DNA of 56,971 nt from Candidatus Staskawiczbacteria bacterium (GTDB taxonomy: Bacteria; Patescibacteriota; Minisyncoccia; Minisyncoccales; Staskawiczbacteraceae). The translations under genes were made by a program, and so were the position numbers. The stretch is taken from assembly GCA_026395215.1 (NCBI GenBank), contig JAPLZC010000010.1:206150-263120 (forward strand), given 5' to 3'. Positions 26,333 through 34,759 of the stretch are shown here, piece by piece (the stretch's first letter is position 1; each line of letters begins with the position of its first letter). The notes beneath the pieces are model-generated. The model was not told the origin of the DNA, searched no databases, and was given only the letters and a program-made list of their open reading frames with translations.

Positions 26333-27225
26333 TATAATTTTTGACAATTAGGGCAAAGGAAAGCGCTTCGCCCTCCAAAATGTATTCTTTTTATTTTAGT
26401 ACCACAACGGCTACATTTTTGCCCCTCTCTATTATATGCCCTTCTCTCAGAGTCAAAATCTCCCTTAGTTCCATCGGGTTTTCTATAATCTGAAAAACTT
26501 TCTCCGCCCAATTTAACGGCCGTCTCTAAAACTTTTTTTATATTCTGATAAATCAACTTTAACTCTTTTTCGTTTAATTTTGCAACACTTTTTTCCGGAT
26601 GAATTTTTGACTGCCATAATATTTCTGAAGAATAAATATTCCCAATGCCAGCAATTACTTCGGGCTTCATTAAAACCTGTTTAACCTTACCATTTTTATC
26701 TTTTAATATTTCTTTAAACTTTTCAAAAGTAAAAGATTTTTCCAAGGGCTCTGGCCCCAATTTATCCAGCTCTTTTTTCAGTTCTTCTGTCTTCCACAAT
26801 TCAACCTTTGCAAATTTCCTTGCATCAGACAGCGCCAGCATTTTTTTATTATCAAGAAAAAATACTAAGTGTAAAAATCTATTATACGGGTCATTCAACG
26901 GGCTTTTTTTATCTATTGGTTTCCAGTCACCATTTACTAGTTGCCAGTTACCCACTAACAAGTGCCCGGTCATTTTTTGGTGGACCAAAAGAGAGTGCCC
27001 TTCAGATAAATCAAAAATTATATTCTTGGCTCTGCGCCAAATTTTTTCTATTTTTTTATTTTTTATTTCTTTTTTAAATGCATCAAAATTTTTAGCCTGC
27101 CCGCCGGGTAGGCGGGGTTTCTTAACAATCTTGCTCCAGTCAGACCAAACATCAACAAAGGTGCTTTTAAGCACCTTTTTATTTAACCCATCTACGGTTG
27201 TTTGAACTTCAGGAAGCTCTGGCAT
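26332..27225 (-). CDS. mutM: Formamidopyrimidine-DNA glycosylase
   Basis: MPELPEV, RRAK, KMTG, GIGNIY, C-terminal CxxC...CPNCQ zinc finger. Confidence 0.97.
   Translation of the reverse strand: MPELPEVQTTVDGLNKKVLKSTFVDVWSDWSKIVKKPRLPGGQAKNFDAFKKEIKNKKIEKIWRRAKNIIFDLSEGHSLLVHQKMTGHLLVGNWQLVNGDWKPIDKKSPLNDPYNRFLHLVFFLDNKKMLALSDARKFAKVELWKTEELKKELDKLGPEPLEKSFTFEKFKEILKDKNGKVKQVLMKPEVIAGIGNIYSSEILWQSKIHPEKSVAKLNEKELKLIYQNIKKVLETAVKLGGESFSDYRKPDGTKGDFDSERRAYNREGQKCSRCGTKIKRIHFGGRSAFLCPNCQKL
26919..26960. repeat. Degenerate heptamer array inside mutM
   Basis: GTTTCCA GTCACCA TTTACTA GTTGCCA GTTACCC ACTAACA; encodes LVGNWQLVNGDWK. Confidence 0.6.
27096..27116. repeat. Short palindromic element (LPAGRQ family variant) in frame in mutM
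   Basis: CCTGCCCGCCGGGTAGGCGGG; adds RLPGGQA. Confidence 0.8.
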
Positions 27226-27718
27226 CTTGCTTTTTACTTTTTAATTCTTCCTCCAATTCATTAACTCTTTTGACCAACCTTTCTGCCTCTATTGTCCTAT
27301 TCCTCACTTTTTGCTCCAAAGCGTCAATTGTTTCCTCTAAAACCTGTGTTTTGGCTCTTACTTTTATATCCACTGACTTATCCATATCCCTCTCCTGCTC
27401 CTGACTTATTTTTAACTCCTCCGCTATTTTATTAAAGGTAGATGCCAATTCTGAAAGTTCATCTTTTGTTTCTAAAAAAACTTGACTTGATATATCTCCG
27501 TTGCTCAATTCTTTAGCTCTGTCTAATAATTTTTTGATGGGTGAAGAAAAATTTTGTCCCACTGCCAGTCCGAAAAAAAATATAAAAATAACAAGAAGCA
27601 AAAAAACAATGTAAAAACTACTGTTTAACTGTTCATAATTAAGAGCTATAAAAATAGCTATTGTGAAAAATCCGACTAAAATTATTGGAACAGTTATTTT
27701 TGTTATAAGCTTGGACAT
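27209..27718 (-). CDS. Two-TM HAMP-domain protein without output domain
   Basis: SPIKKLLDRAKELSNGD...DELSELASTFNKIA followed by coiled coil only. Confidence 0.8.
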   Translation of the reverse strand: MSKLITKITVPIILVGFFTIAIFIALNYEQLNSSFYIVFLLLVIFIFFFGLAVGQNFSSPIKKLLDRAKELSNGDISSQVFLETKDELSELASTFNKIAEELKISQEQERDMDKSVDIKVRAKTQVLEETIDALEQKVRNRTIEAERLVKRVNELEEELKSKKQDARAS

Positions 27719-28587
27719 AATGGTAAACGATTTATAAGACTGTTAAATTCTAATTTTTTAAAAATTTCTTCCACTTTGTTTTTGTCATAACCTCCAAATT
27801 TGCAATCATCCAAAATAAAATTTACATCTACATCACTTTTCATTTGTGCCAAGTCTCGTGACATTAAAGCAGATTCTTTATTCTTCTTTAACATTTCTTT
27901 TACCTTTGGCTTTAAAACTGCTGTGTCTGTGGCAAGCTCATCATAAAGATTTTTTATCCTGCCATATTGCCCAATTATTTCAGCTGCTGTTTTTTTGCCA
28001 ATTCCTTCAACTCCCGGAATATTATCGGAAGCATCTCCCGTAAGAGCCTTATAATCCACCATTTGCTCTGGTTTTACTCCAAACCGCTCTACTACTTTAT
28101 TTATATCATAAATTACCGTATCTTTGATACCCTTGCCCAAAGTATAAACTTTTATATTTTCATTGACCAACTGAGTATTATCCATGTCACCTGAAACTAT
28201 ATATATTTCGGTATTTGGAGTTTTTGCGCAGATAGTAGCAATCAAATCATCTGCTTCAACTCCTTCTTTTGCAAAAACTGGAATTTTAAAAGCTTCAAGA
28301 ACTTCTTTGGTAACAGGTATCTGCGAAACAATTCCCGATGGCGTTACCGGTCTTTGTGCCTTATAATCTTTATACATCTCATGCCTAAATGTAGGCATTT
28401 TTGTATCAAAACAAGCCACAACATAGTCAGCCTTCAAATCATTTATTGCTTTAAACAAAGTCAGCAAAAATCCATAAACCGCCCCAGTCTCCTGCCCCGT
28501 CTTTGTCATTAAAGGTGGCAACGCATGAAACGCCCTATGCAACAACGCATTAGAATCAATAATAATTAATCTCTTTTTATTTTCCAT
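27703..28587 (-). CDS. Stand-alone 5'-3' exonuclease (PolA N-terminal domain)
   Basis: IDSNALLHRAFHA, YKAQR, EADDLIAT, SGDMD, GDASDNIPGVEGIGKKTA; ends at 294 aa. Confidence 0.92.
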   Translation of the reverse strand: MENKKRLIIIDSNALLHRAFHALPPLMTKTGQETGAVYGFLLTLFKAINDLKADYVVACFDTKMPTFRHEMYKDYKAQRPVTPSGIVSQIPVTKEVLEAFKIPVFAKEGVEADDLIATICAKTPNTEIYIVSGDMDNTQLVNENIKVYTLGKGIKDTVIYDINKVVERFGVKPEQMVDYKALTGDASDNIPGVEGIGKKTAAEIIGQYGRIKNLYDELATDTAVLKPKVKEMLKKNKESALMSRDLAQMKSDVDVNFILDDCKFGGYDKNKVEEIFKKLEFNSLINRLPLCPSL

Positions 28588-28671
28588 TCCTTATCTTATC
28601 ACATTTTTCACCCAAAAAAAATAACCCCGCTTTACGAGAATATTTTTTTGTTTACAGCACTTAATGCCTAT

Positions 28672-28953
28672 TTAACAACTACCAGAAATCTTAGGGATAT
28701 ATATTATCAATAACAAAAAAATAACAGAAAATATCAAAAATATATATTTACTAAACCTTAATGGTCTTTCAACTTTTAAAAACAGACTCATGCAATTTAA
28801 TATGAAAAACGCAAAACCTGAAAGTGCCCAAATTATCACCGCAAAATCCATATTGACGACATGCGTGGAACAAAAATCCAAAGAAAACAAAACAACTATT
28901 ACTACCGAGACAATTAAAATTAGTAAATTATAAATAAAAGTTTTCTTGTTCAT
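28672..28953 (-). CDS. Small membrane protein (3 TM)
   Basis: 93 aa hydrophobic ORF. Confidence 0.6.
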   Translation of the reverse strand: MNKKTFIYNLLILIVSVVIVVLFSLDFCSTHVVNMDFAVIIWALSGFAFFILNCMSLFLKVERPLRFSKYIFLIFSVIFLLLIIYIPKISGSC

Positions 28954-28976
28954 TATTATAATTATATTTTACTCTT

Positions 28977-29432
28977 CTAAAAATCCCTGTCAAATTTAAT
29001 TTTGCGAGTTTTGTCGTCAATAAATTTAAAATCTATTTTGATGATATTTTTGGGGAGAACTTTTTTAATACGTTCGGGCCATTCTATTGCAATAATATTT
29101 CTGGCGTCTTTTAAAATATCTTTTAATCCCAATTCAGCAGCATCTTTTTCATCTTTTAGCCGGTAACAATCAATGTGATAAAAATCTTTGAATCTAAAGC
29201 CCGGCACTTCAAATCTTTTCTGTATAACAAAAGTTGGGCTTAATATTTTATCTTTTATGCCAAGACCTTTTGCAAATCCCTGCAAAAAAGTTGTCTTGCC
29301 TCCCCCTAAATTTCCGAACAAAGCCAAAACAACTGCTCCTTTTTGAGGCACGGTTGCCAAAATCTCTTCGGCTAAATTTTCGCCAAGCTTTTGGGTTTGT
29401 TTTGCGCTGGTTGTGATGTATTTTTTATCCAC
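28977..29432 (-). CDS. tsaE: tRNA t6A biosynthesis ATPase
   Basis: GNLGGGKTT, SPTF, HIDCYRL, IEWPE. Confidence 0.95.
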   Translation of the reverse strand: MDKKYITTSAKQTQKLGENLAEEILATVPQKGAVVLALFGNLGGGKTTFLQGFAKGLGIKDKILSPTFVIQKRFEVPGFRFKDFYHIDCYRLKDEKDAAELGLKDILKDARNIIAIEWPERIKKVLPKNIIKIDFKFIDDKTRKIKFDRDF

Positions 29433-29479
29433 AGATTTTGTTTGACTTATTTTTTGAATTCGTTTAGGGTATTATAATC

Positions 29480-29499
29480 CCCGCCTGCTAGCGGGCAGG
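29480..29499. repeat. LPAGRQ-family palindrome, intergenic
   Basis: CCCGCCTGCTAGCGGGCAGG, 9 nt upstream of ATG 29509. Confidence 0.8.
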
Positions 29500-29508
29500 T
29501 ATAAAAAT

Positions 29509-30270
29509 ATGGAAAACCAAGAAACAAAAAATTTAATAGACAATTCTAAAAATATTTATTTGATTACTTCGCAGGAGCCAGAGGCAATAACCTCTACACT
29601 GGCTCTTTTTTATACTTTAAAAGATTTAGGCAAAAATGTAAACCTTATTATTGAATCTCTGCCTGAAAATTTAAAATTTTTATCTCCATCTTTAGATTTT
29701 ATTTCTTATCCTAAAAACTTTGTAGTTTCTATCCCAACCAAAGTAGCTCAAATATCGCAAATTCATTACGAAAAAAAAGACGAAGCTTTTAAAATACATT
29801 TAACCTTAGAGGGCGGATCTATAAAAAAAGATAATATTTCATTTTATTTTCAGGAAGCTAAGCCAGACCTAATAATAACAGTTGGCGTAGAAGACTACCA
29901 AAAAGAATTATCGGAAAAGTTAAATTATTTTGGCTTTTTACTGGATTCTCCAGTTGTGGATATCGACAACAAGCAAAATAACAAAAAATTTGGTAAAATA
30001 AACTTAATAGGAGAAGGTTCGATGTCGGAGGTTATTTATAACCTAATAAAACCCGACAAAAGCCCCGAAGGGCATTTAGACGGGCCCGTCACAATCCCCG
30101 CAATGCGGGGTTTGGTCGGGGAGACTGCCCAATGCCTTTTGACGGGCCTAGTTATATACACTGAAAATTTTAAAAATAAACTTTCTGCTGATGTTTTCCA
30201 ACTTGCTTCAGATTTAATGAAAAAAGGGGCCAGCTTAGAAGAAATAGTAAAAAATATTTACAGTAAATAA
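29509..30270 (+). CDS. Degenerate DHH-family (NrnA-like) protein
   Basis: DHH-like layout (ALFYTLKDLGKNV, PDLIITVG, AQCLLTGL) but DIDNK where DHH is expected. Confidence 0.65.
   Translation: MENQETKNLIDNSKNIYLITSQEPEAITSTLALFYTLKDLGKNVNLIIESLPENLKFLSPSLDFISYPKNFVVSIPTKVAQISQIHYEKKDEAFKIHLTLEGGSIKKDNISFYFQEAKPDLIITVGVEDYQKELSEKLNYFGFLLDSPVVDIDNKQNNKKFGKINLIGEGSMSEVIYNLIKPDKSPEGHLDGPVTIPAMRGLVGETAQCLLTGLVIYTENFKNKLSADVFQLASDLMKKGASLEEIVKNIYSK
30052..30120. repeat. 69-nt composite palindromic element in frame
   Basis: Encodes PDKSPEGHLDGPVTIPAMRGLVG; paralog of the ileS insert. Confidence 0.9.
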
Positions 30271-30274
30271 TTAT

Positions 30275-31609
30275 ATGGAAGAAACAAAAAAATTATTGGG
30301 GTCGGTGACAATTTCTCCAAAAATTATTGAAGAAGTCAAAACTCAAGTAAAAGACATTGAGGCTTTTAAGAATAAAATTAAAGAGTATTCAACGCAAAAT
30401 GTCACAGAGCTTTTGGATGTTATTTTGTATGGAGCCATAACGCTTAATACTTCCGATGTTCACATTGAACCACAAGAAGAAGAGGCGCGACTTAGAATTA
30501 GGTTGGACGGTATTTTGCAGGATGTTGTTTTCTTTCAACATGATGCTTACCACCATTTGCTTAGCCGTTTAAAACTTCTTTCAAAACTAAAACTTAATAT
30601 TGCAGACAAGCCGCAGGATGGTAGGTTTACAATAATGGTTGCTGATTTACTGATTGAAGTAAGAACTTCCAGCTTGCCGGCAGAATATGGCGAGTCAATT
30701 GTGATGAGAATACTAAATCCAAAAAGTTTAATTTCTTTGGAAGATTTAGGTTTAAGGGAGGACTTATACAAAACTTTTCAAAAAGAAATTACAAAACCAA
30801 ACGGAATGATAATTGTTACCGGTCCGACCGGGTCTGGTAAAACAACTACTCTTTACGCCTTCTTAAAAAAAATACAAAACCCGGAGATTAAAATTATAAC
30901 AATTGAAGACCCAATTGAATATCACCTAACAGGAGTTTCGCAAACGCAGGTTGCCCCGGAAAAAGGATATGACTTTTCCGATGGCTTACGGTCAATTGTA
31001 AGACAAGACCCAGATGTTATTTTGGTTGGTGAAATTAGAGACTTAGAAACCGCAAAAATAGCCCTTCAGGCGTCTTTGACTGGCCACTTGGTACTATCAA
31101 CCTTGCACACCAATGACGCGGCTGGAACCATCCCGCGACTTGTGGACCTTGGTGTAGAGCCCTCATCGGTAGCATCAGGATTGAAAATGGCAGTAGCACA
31201 GCGATTATTGAGAAAAGTGTGTAAAGAGTGTTCAACCCTTGCCAAGCCCTCTACAAGTGAATTAGCAGAGCTAAAAAAAGGACTTAAAGATTTGCCAAAA
31301 AATATAAAAATACCTGATTTGGATAAAGTAAAAGTTGCCAAGATAAAAGAGGGCGGCTGCCAAGCCTGCAATTTTACAGGATATAGAGGCAGACAGGGAC
31401 TATTTGAAGCATTTTTAGTTGATTCGGGAATGGAAAAGTTTATTTTAACCAATCCCCCAGTTTCAGATATTAGAGAGCTGGCCATAAAAAAAGGAATGGT
31501 AACAATGTACCAGTCCGGTCTGATAGACATAGCTGAAGGCAAAACCACTTTTGACGAAGTCGCCCGCGTAGTCGAAGCCGACGAGGAACAGCAGGTTGAA
31601 AAAATATAA
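30275..31609 (+). CDS. pilB: Type IV pilus assembly ATPase (PilB/GspE family)
   Basis: SDVHIEP, PQDGR, GPTGSGKTTT, TIEDPIEY, RQDPDVILVGEIRD, STLHTN, two CxxC. Confidence 0.9.
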   Translation: MEETKKLLGSVTISPKIIEEVKTQVKDIEAFKNKIKEYSTQNVTELLDVILYGAITLNTSDVHIEPQEEEARLRIRLDGILQDVVFFQHDAYHHLLSRLKLLSKLKLNIADKPQDGRFTIMVADLLIEVRTSSLPAEYGESIVMRILNPKSLISLEDLGLREDLYKTFQKEITKPNGMIIVTGPTGSGKTTTLYAFLKKIQNPEIKIITIEDPIEYHLTGVSQTQVAPEKGYDFSDGLRSIVRQDPDVILVGEIRDLETAKIALQASLTGHLVLSTLHTNDAAGTIPRLVDLGVEPSSVASGLKMAVAQRLLRKVCKECSTLAKPSTSELAELKKGLKDLPKNIKIPDLDKVKVAKIKEGGCQACNFTGYRGRQGLFEAFLVDSGMEKFILTNPPVSDIRELAIKKGMVTMYQSGLIDIAEGKTTFDEVARVVEADEEQQVEKI

Positions 31610-31668
31610 AAAAACAGCCCCGTCCACTGAAAAGTTACTAAGGGCAAGAAAATGAAAGGTTTAAATGG

Positions 31669-32046
31669 CTAGGATTTCCTAAATACCAGTATCTCGATAA
31701 TGAGAGTAAGGTATCCTAAACCCATAAGTCTCAAAGACAACACGGCAGAATCATGAATGACCATCGGATCCGATTGTATCCCTGACTCTACAACGTAGAA
31801 CAATAGCGTCCAGGCGGTTGCACATCCTACCGCTATGATGATTTCGGGGATATTGCTCCATATGGTAGAGATTACATACGCCATGCTATGACCGAATTCT
31901 GTAAGTGTATTTTTCATCAGCCATTCCTTCCACTTTGAGTTGTCAATAAGCTTTTGAAACGACCCTAGAATTGGAGGTACTTTTATGTCTGGGACATAAA
32001 GAAAGATTTTTCCGAGGAATAATCGAGCCGGAGCAAGATTATCCAA
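31669..32046 (-). CDS. Orphan membrane protein, start uncertain
   Basis: 125 aa ORF; promoter TTGACA-17-TATACT (32115-32143) and SD GGAGGT upstream, but the SD-proximal TTG is in another frame. Confidence 0.5.
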   Translation of the reverse strand: MDNLAPARLFLGKIFLYVPDIKVPPILGSFQKLIDNSKWKEWLMKNTLTEFGHSMAYVISTIWSNIPEIIIAVGCATAWTLLFYVVESGIQSDPMVIHDSAVLSLRLMGLGYLTLIIEILVFRKS

Positions 32047-32136
32047 AGCTGAGAAAAATCCAAATAAATACCTCCAATTCTAGGGTCGTTTATGGTATAA
32101 TTCAAATATCCTTGAGTATATCACTATTTAATCTAT

Positions 32137-33150
32137 ATGTCAACCCCTGTACCTGAAAAACCGCAAAAAGAAGACGACGTGTTAGACTCGACCTTACGGC
32201 CGGGTTCTTGGGCTGATTACGTTGGACAAGACAAAATTAAAGAGAATATCCGTATAATTATAACTGCCGCCAAACAAAGGGGCCATTCCCCTGACCATTT
32301 ATTGTTCTATGGCAACTCAGGATTGGGTAAAACCACTCTAGCGCTTTTAATTGCCAAGGAAATGGGTAAAACAATCCGCTCAACTTCTGGTCCCGCTTTA
32401 GAAAGAGCCGGCGACCTAGCTGCTATTTTAACAAACCTACAAGAGGGTGATGTTTTGTTTCTAGATGAAATCCACAGAATTAATAAAACCATAGAAGAAT
32501 ACCTATATCCGGCTATGGAGGACTACAAATTAAATTTGGTTTTGGGAAAAGGCCCAATGGCGCGCACCATGGAATTAAAATTGCCTAAATTTACTTTGAT
32601 TGGAGCCACTACAAGACCAGGTTTATTGTCTGCTCCCCTACGTAATAGATTTGGAGCAACCTTCCAACTTAATTTTTACAATTTAGAAGATGTTAAAAAA
32701 ATAATTGAACGCTCGGGCAGACTTTTAAAAATAAAAATGGCGCCTGAGGCTGTGGAAGCAATTGCCAAGCGATCAAGATATACTCCAAGAGTAGCAAATA
32801 GACTAGTAAAAAGAGTCAGAGACTTTGCCCAAGTTCAGGGAGTGGAAATTATTACAAAAGAAATTGCCGAAAAATCTTTAGATTCTTTGGAGGTAGATTT
32901 AATGGGTTTAGACCCAAGTGATAGAAATATATTAAAAGCCTTAATAGAAAAATTTAGCGGGGGCCCGGTTGGTCTACAATCTCTAGCCGCCGCCGCTATG
33001 GAAGAAGAAGAAACTATCTTAGATATATATGAACCCTATCTTATGCAATGTGGTCTCCTAGAACGTACTCCCAAGGGCCGAGTTGCCACTAACCTAGCCT
33101 ACGAACACCTAGACCTAAAACACCTAAAAAAACAAAGTAATCTGTTCTAA
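32137..33150 (+). CDS. ruvB: Holliday junction branch migration helicase RuvB
   Basis: LRP, GLGKTTLA, DEIHR, GATTR, TPRVANRL, GGPVG, RTPKGR. Confidence 0.98.
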   Translation: MSTPVPEKPQKEDDVLDSTLRPGSWADYVGQDKIKENIRIIITAAKQRGHSPDHLLFYGNSGLGKTTLALLIAKEMGKTIRSTSGPALERAGDLAAILTNLQEGDVLFLDEIHRINKTIEEYLYPAMEDYKLNLVLGKGPMARTMELKLPKFTLIGATTRPGLLSAPLRNRFGATFQLNFYNLEDVKKIIERSGRLLKIKMAPEAVEAIAKRSRYTPRVANRLVKRVRDFAQVQGVEIITKEIAEKSLDSLEVDLMGLDPSDRNILKALIEKFSGGPVGLQSLAAAAMEEEETILDIYEPYLMQCGLLERTPKGRVATNLAYEHLDLKHLKKQSNLF

Positions 33151-33187
33151 ACAAAAATCGCTCCACTGAGCGATTTTTAAGTCCTGT

Positions 33188-33418
33188 TTATGCGGCGGCG
33201 GAAGATTCCTGGTCTTTCCTTCTTTGCAATTCGTTTTCTGCGGCTTTGACAAACCTTTCCTGCCAAGGCGTCATTGGGGCTTCATTATTTGTTGGAGAAT
33301 ATGAAGTGTTTTTCATATTATCAATATTCCTCTGCAAAAAATCCGATGGAACTTCTCCAAAATTAAACTCCTTTTGCAATTCCTCTTCTTGTGATGACCT
33401 TTCTTTTTGTTCTGCCAT
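33188..33418 (-). CDS. Hypothetical protein
   Basis: 76 aa ORF ending at bidirectional terminator 33153-33178. Confidence 0.6.
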   Translation of the reverse strand: MAEQKERSSQEEELQKEFNFGEVPSDFLQRNIDNMKNTSYSPTNNEAPMTPWQERFVKAAENELQRRKDQESSAAA

Positions 33419-33435
33419 AATTTTTATATTTTTAC

Positions 33436-33801
33436 TTATATTAATTTATTCACATTGAGTTCTTCCAGAATTTTTGCTACTTTTTCTTTTAAGACTGGAA
33501 TTTCTACTTTTGCTGTCTTCCACAATCTATGACAATCAATTCCAAAATACACATGCATAAAAATATTTCTCATTTTAACCGATTTTTTCCAATTTACTTC
33601 TTTATGCCCTTTCTTCAATCCGGCTGGTAGATTTTTAACCGCCTCACCAACAATTCCAATTCGCATTATAACCGCATCTTTAATTTGTTCATTTTTTGTA
33701 AAATCGTTTTCAGTTATATTTTTTGTATACTTATCAATCTTTTCCGCACACTCAATAATGTCTTGTAAAAACATCGCAAAATTTCTATTTTCATTTTTCA
33801 T
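33436..33801 (-). CDS. HEPN (DUF86/HepT-like) RNase toxin
   Basis: DAVIMRIGIVGEAVK, RNIFMHVY (Rx4H-Y); overlaps MNT stop. Confidence 0.9.
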   Translation of the reverse strand: MKNENRNFAMFLQDIIECAEKIDKYTKNITENDFTKNEQIKDAVIMRIGIVGEAVKNLPAGLKKGHKEVNWKKSVKMRNIFMHVYFGIDCHRLWKTAKVEIPVLKEKVAKILEELNVNKLI

Positions 33802-34082
33802 AAAATAAAAACCTGCTCGTTTAATATTCTATCCTTAATTTGAGGACGGATATTTGAATATTCTCCCAAGTCAACTTTTTTCTTCAACTTTTCTTCCAGC
33901 TCAATTTGTAATTCAGCTAAATCAAACAAACTTTTATCATCATTCCTATACTCTATCAAAATATCCACATCACTCTTCTTTTTTTGCTCTCCTCTAGCAT
34001 AAGAACCAAAAATCGACGCCCTTTTAACATCGTGGCGTTTTAAGATCGGCTTTATTTTATTTTTTATATCTTTAATGCTCAT
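33798..34082 (-). CDS. Minimal nucleotidyltransferase (MntA-like) antitoxin
   Basis: FGSYARG...SDVDIL...KKVDL. Confidence 0.9.
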   Translation of the reverse strand: MSIKDIKNKIKPILKRHDVKRASIFGSYARGEQKKKSDVDILIEYRNDDKSLFDLAELQIELEEKLKKKVDLGEYSNIRPQIKDRILNEQVFIL

Positions 34083-34162
34083 ACCTCGTTTATATCACAA
34101 ACCGCCAATTTATCAAAACAAAAAAATGCACAGCGGATTAATCGCTGTGCTTCGAGCCTTGT

Positions 34163-34624
34163 CTAAGGCAGGTCGAACTTTGGAGGGAAAGCCGGCGTTC
34201 CGATTTTCATCTCAACAACCGCGCGTTGGCCTCTGGTAAGCTCCCTAAAAATCTGGCCATCGTAATCGTTTACGATTATTTTCAGAGCTACCAGCATTCC
34301 GTAAAGTTCCAAGATACCCATCCCGCATTTGTCCTTTCCTCTCTGGCGCGATTCAATGTGATAGTAATAGCGGGCAAGATGGACACACAAAAACTGATCA
34401 TTATCCATTTTTTTGTTGGGTTTTTTACCAGGTTTTTTAATCGAAGGAGCTTTGCTGATTTTTTTCAAGGCATCCTTGAGAATCTTTTTTGTGGAATTGA
34501 AAATAATCATTCTAACCTTGGCTGGTTCGTCGGTGCTTCGTATGCTTAAGATGAGAAGAGCGTTGACGGCTACCTCAACCTCTTTAAGAACTTTCTGCCA
34601 AAAAGCAACCTTTTTCGCTTTCAT
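34163..34624 (-). CDS. Orphan basic protein (start 34624 or 34633)
   Basis: About 153 aa ORF with own promoter, leader hairpin and terminator 34120-34150. Confidence 0.65.
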   Translation of the reverse strand: MKAKKVAFWQKVLKEVEVAVNALLILSIRSTDEPAKVRMIIFNSTKKILKDALKKISKAPSIKKPGKKPNKKMDNDQFLCVHLARYYYHIESRQRGKDKCGMGILELYGMLVALKIIVNDYDGQIFRELTRGQRAVVEMKIGTPAFPPKFDLP

Positions 34625-34759
34625 GTTTCCCATCCTTCTTGTGATGGCTCTTTTGAGCCGTTGTTAACGAACACTGATTCAATTTTATATTATCACTAAT
34701 TATATTTTTATCAACATAAATTACTTACAGATAATCTTTTTTTGTTGTATAATATTTAA

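Noticed and set aside
29425-29433. Perfect DnaA box TTATCCACA over the tsaE start
   Set aside because: Single isolated 9-mer that could arise by chance in AT-rich DNA; no cluster.
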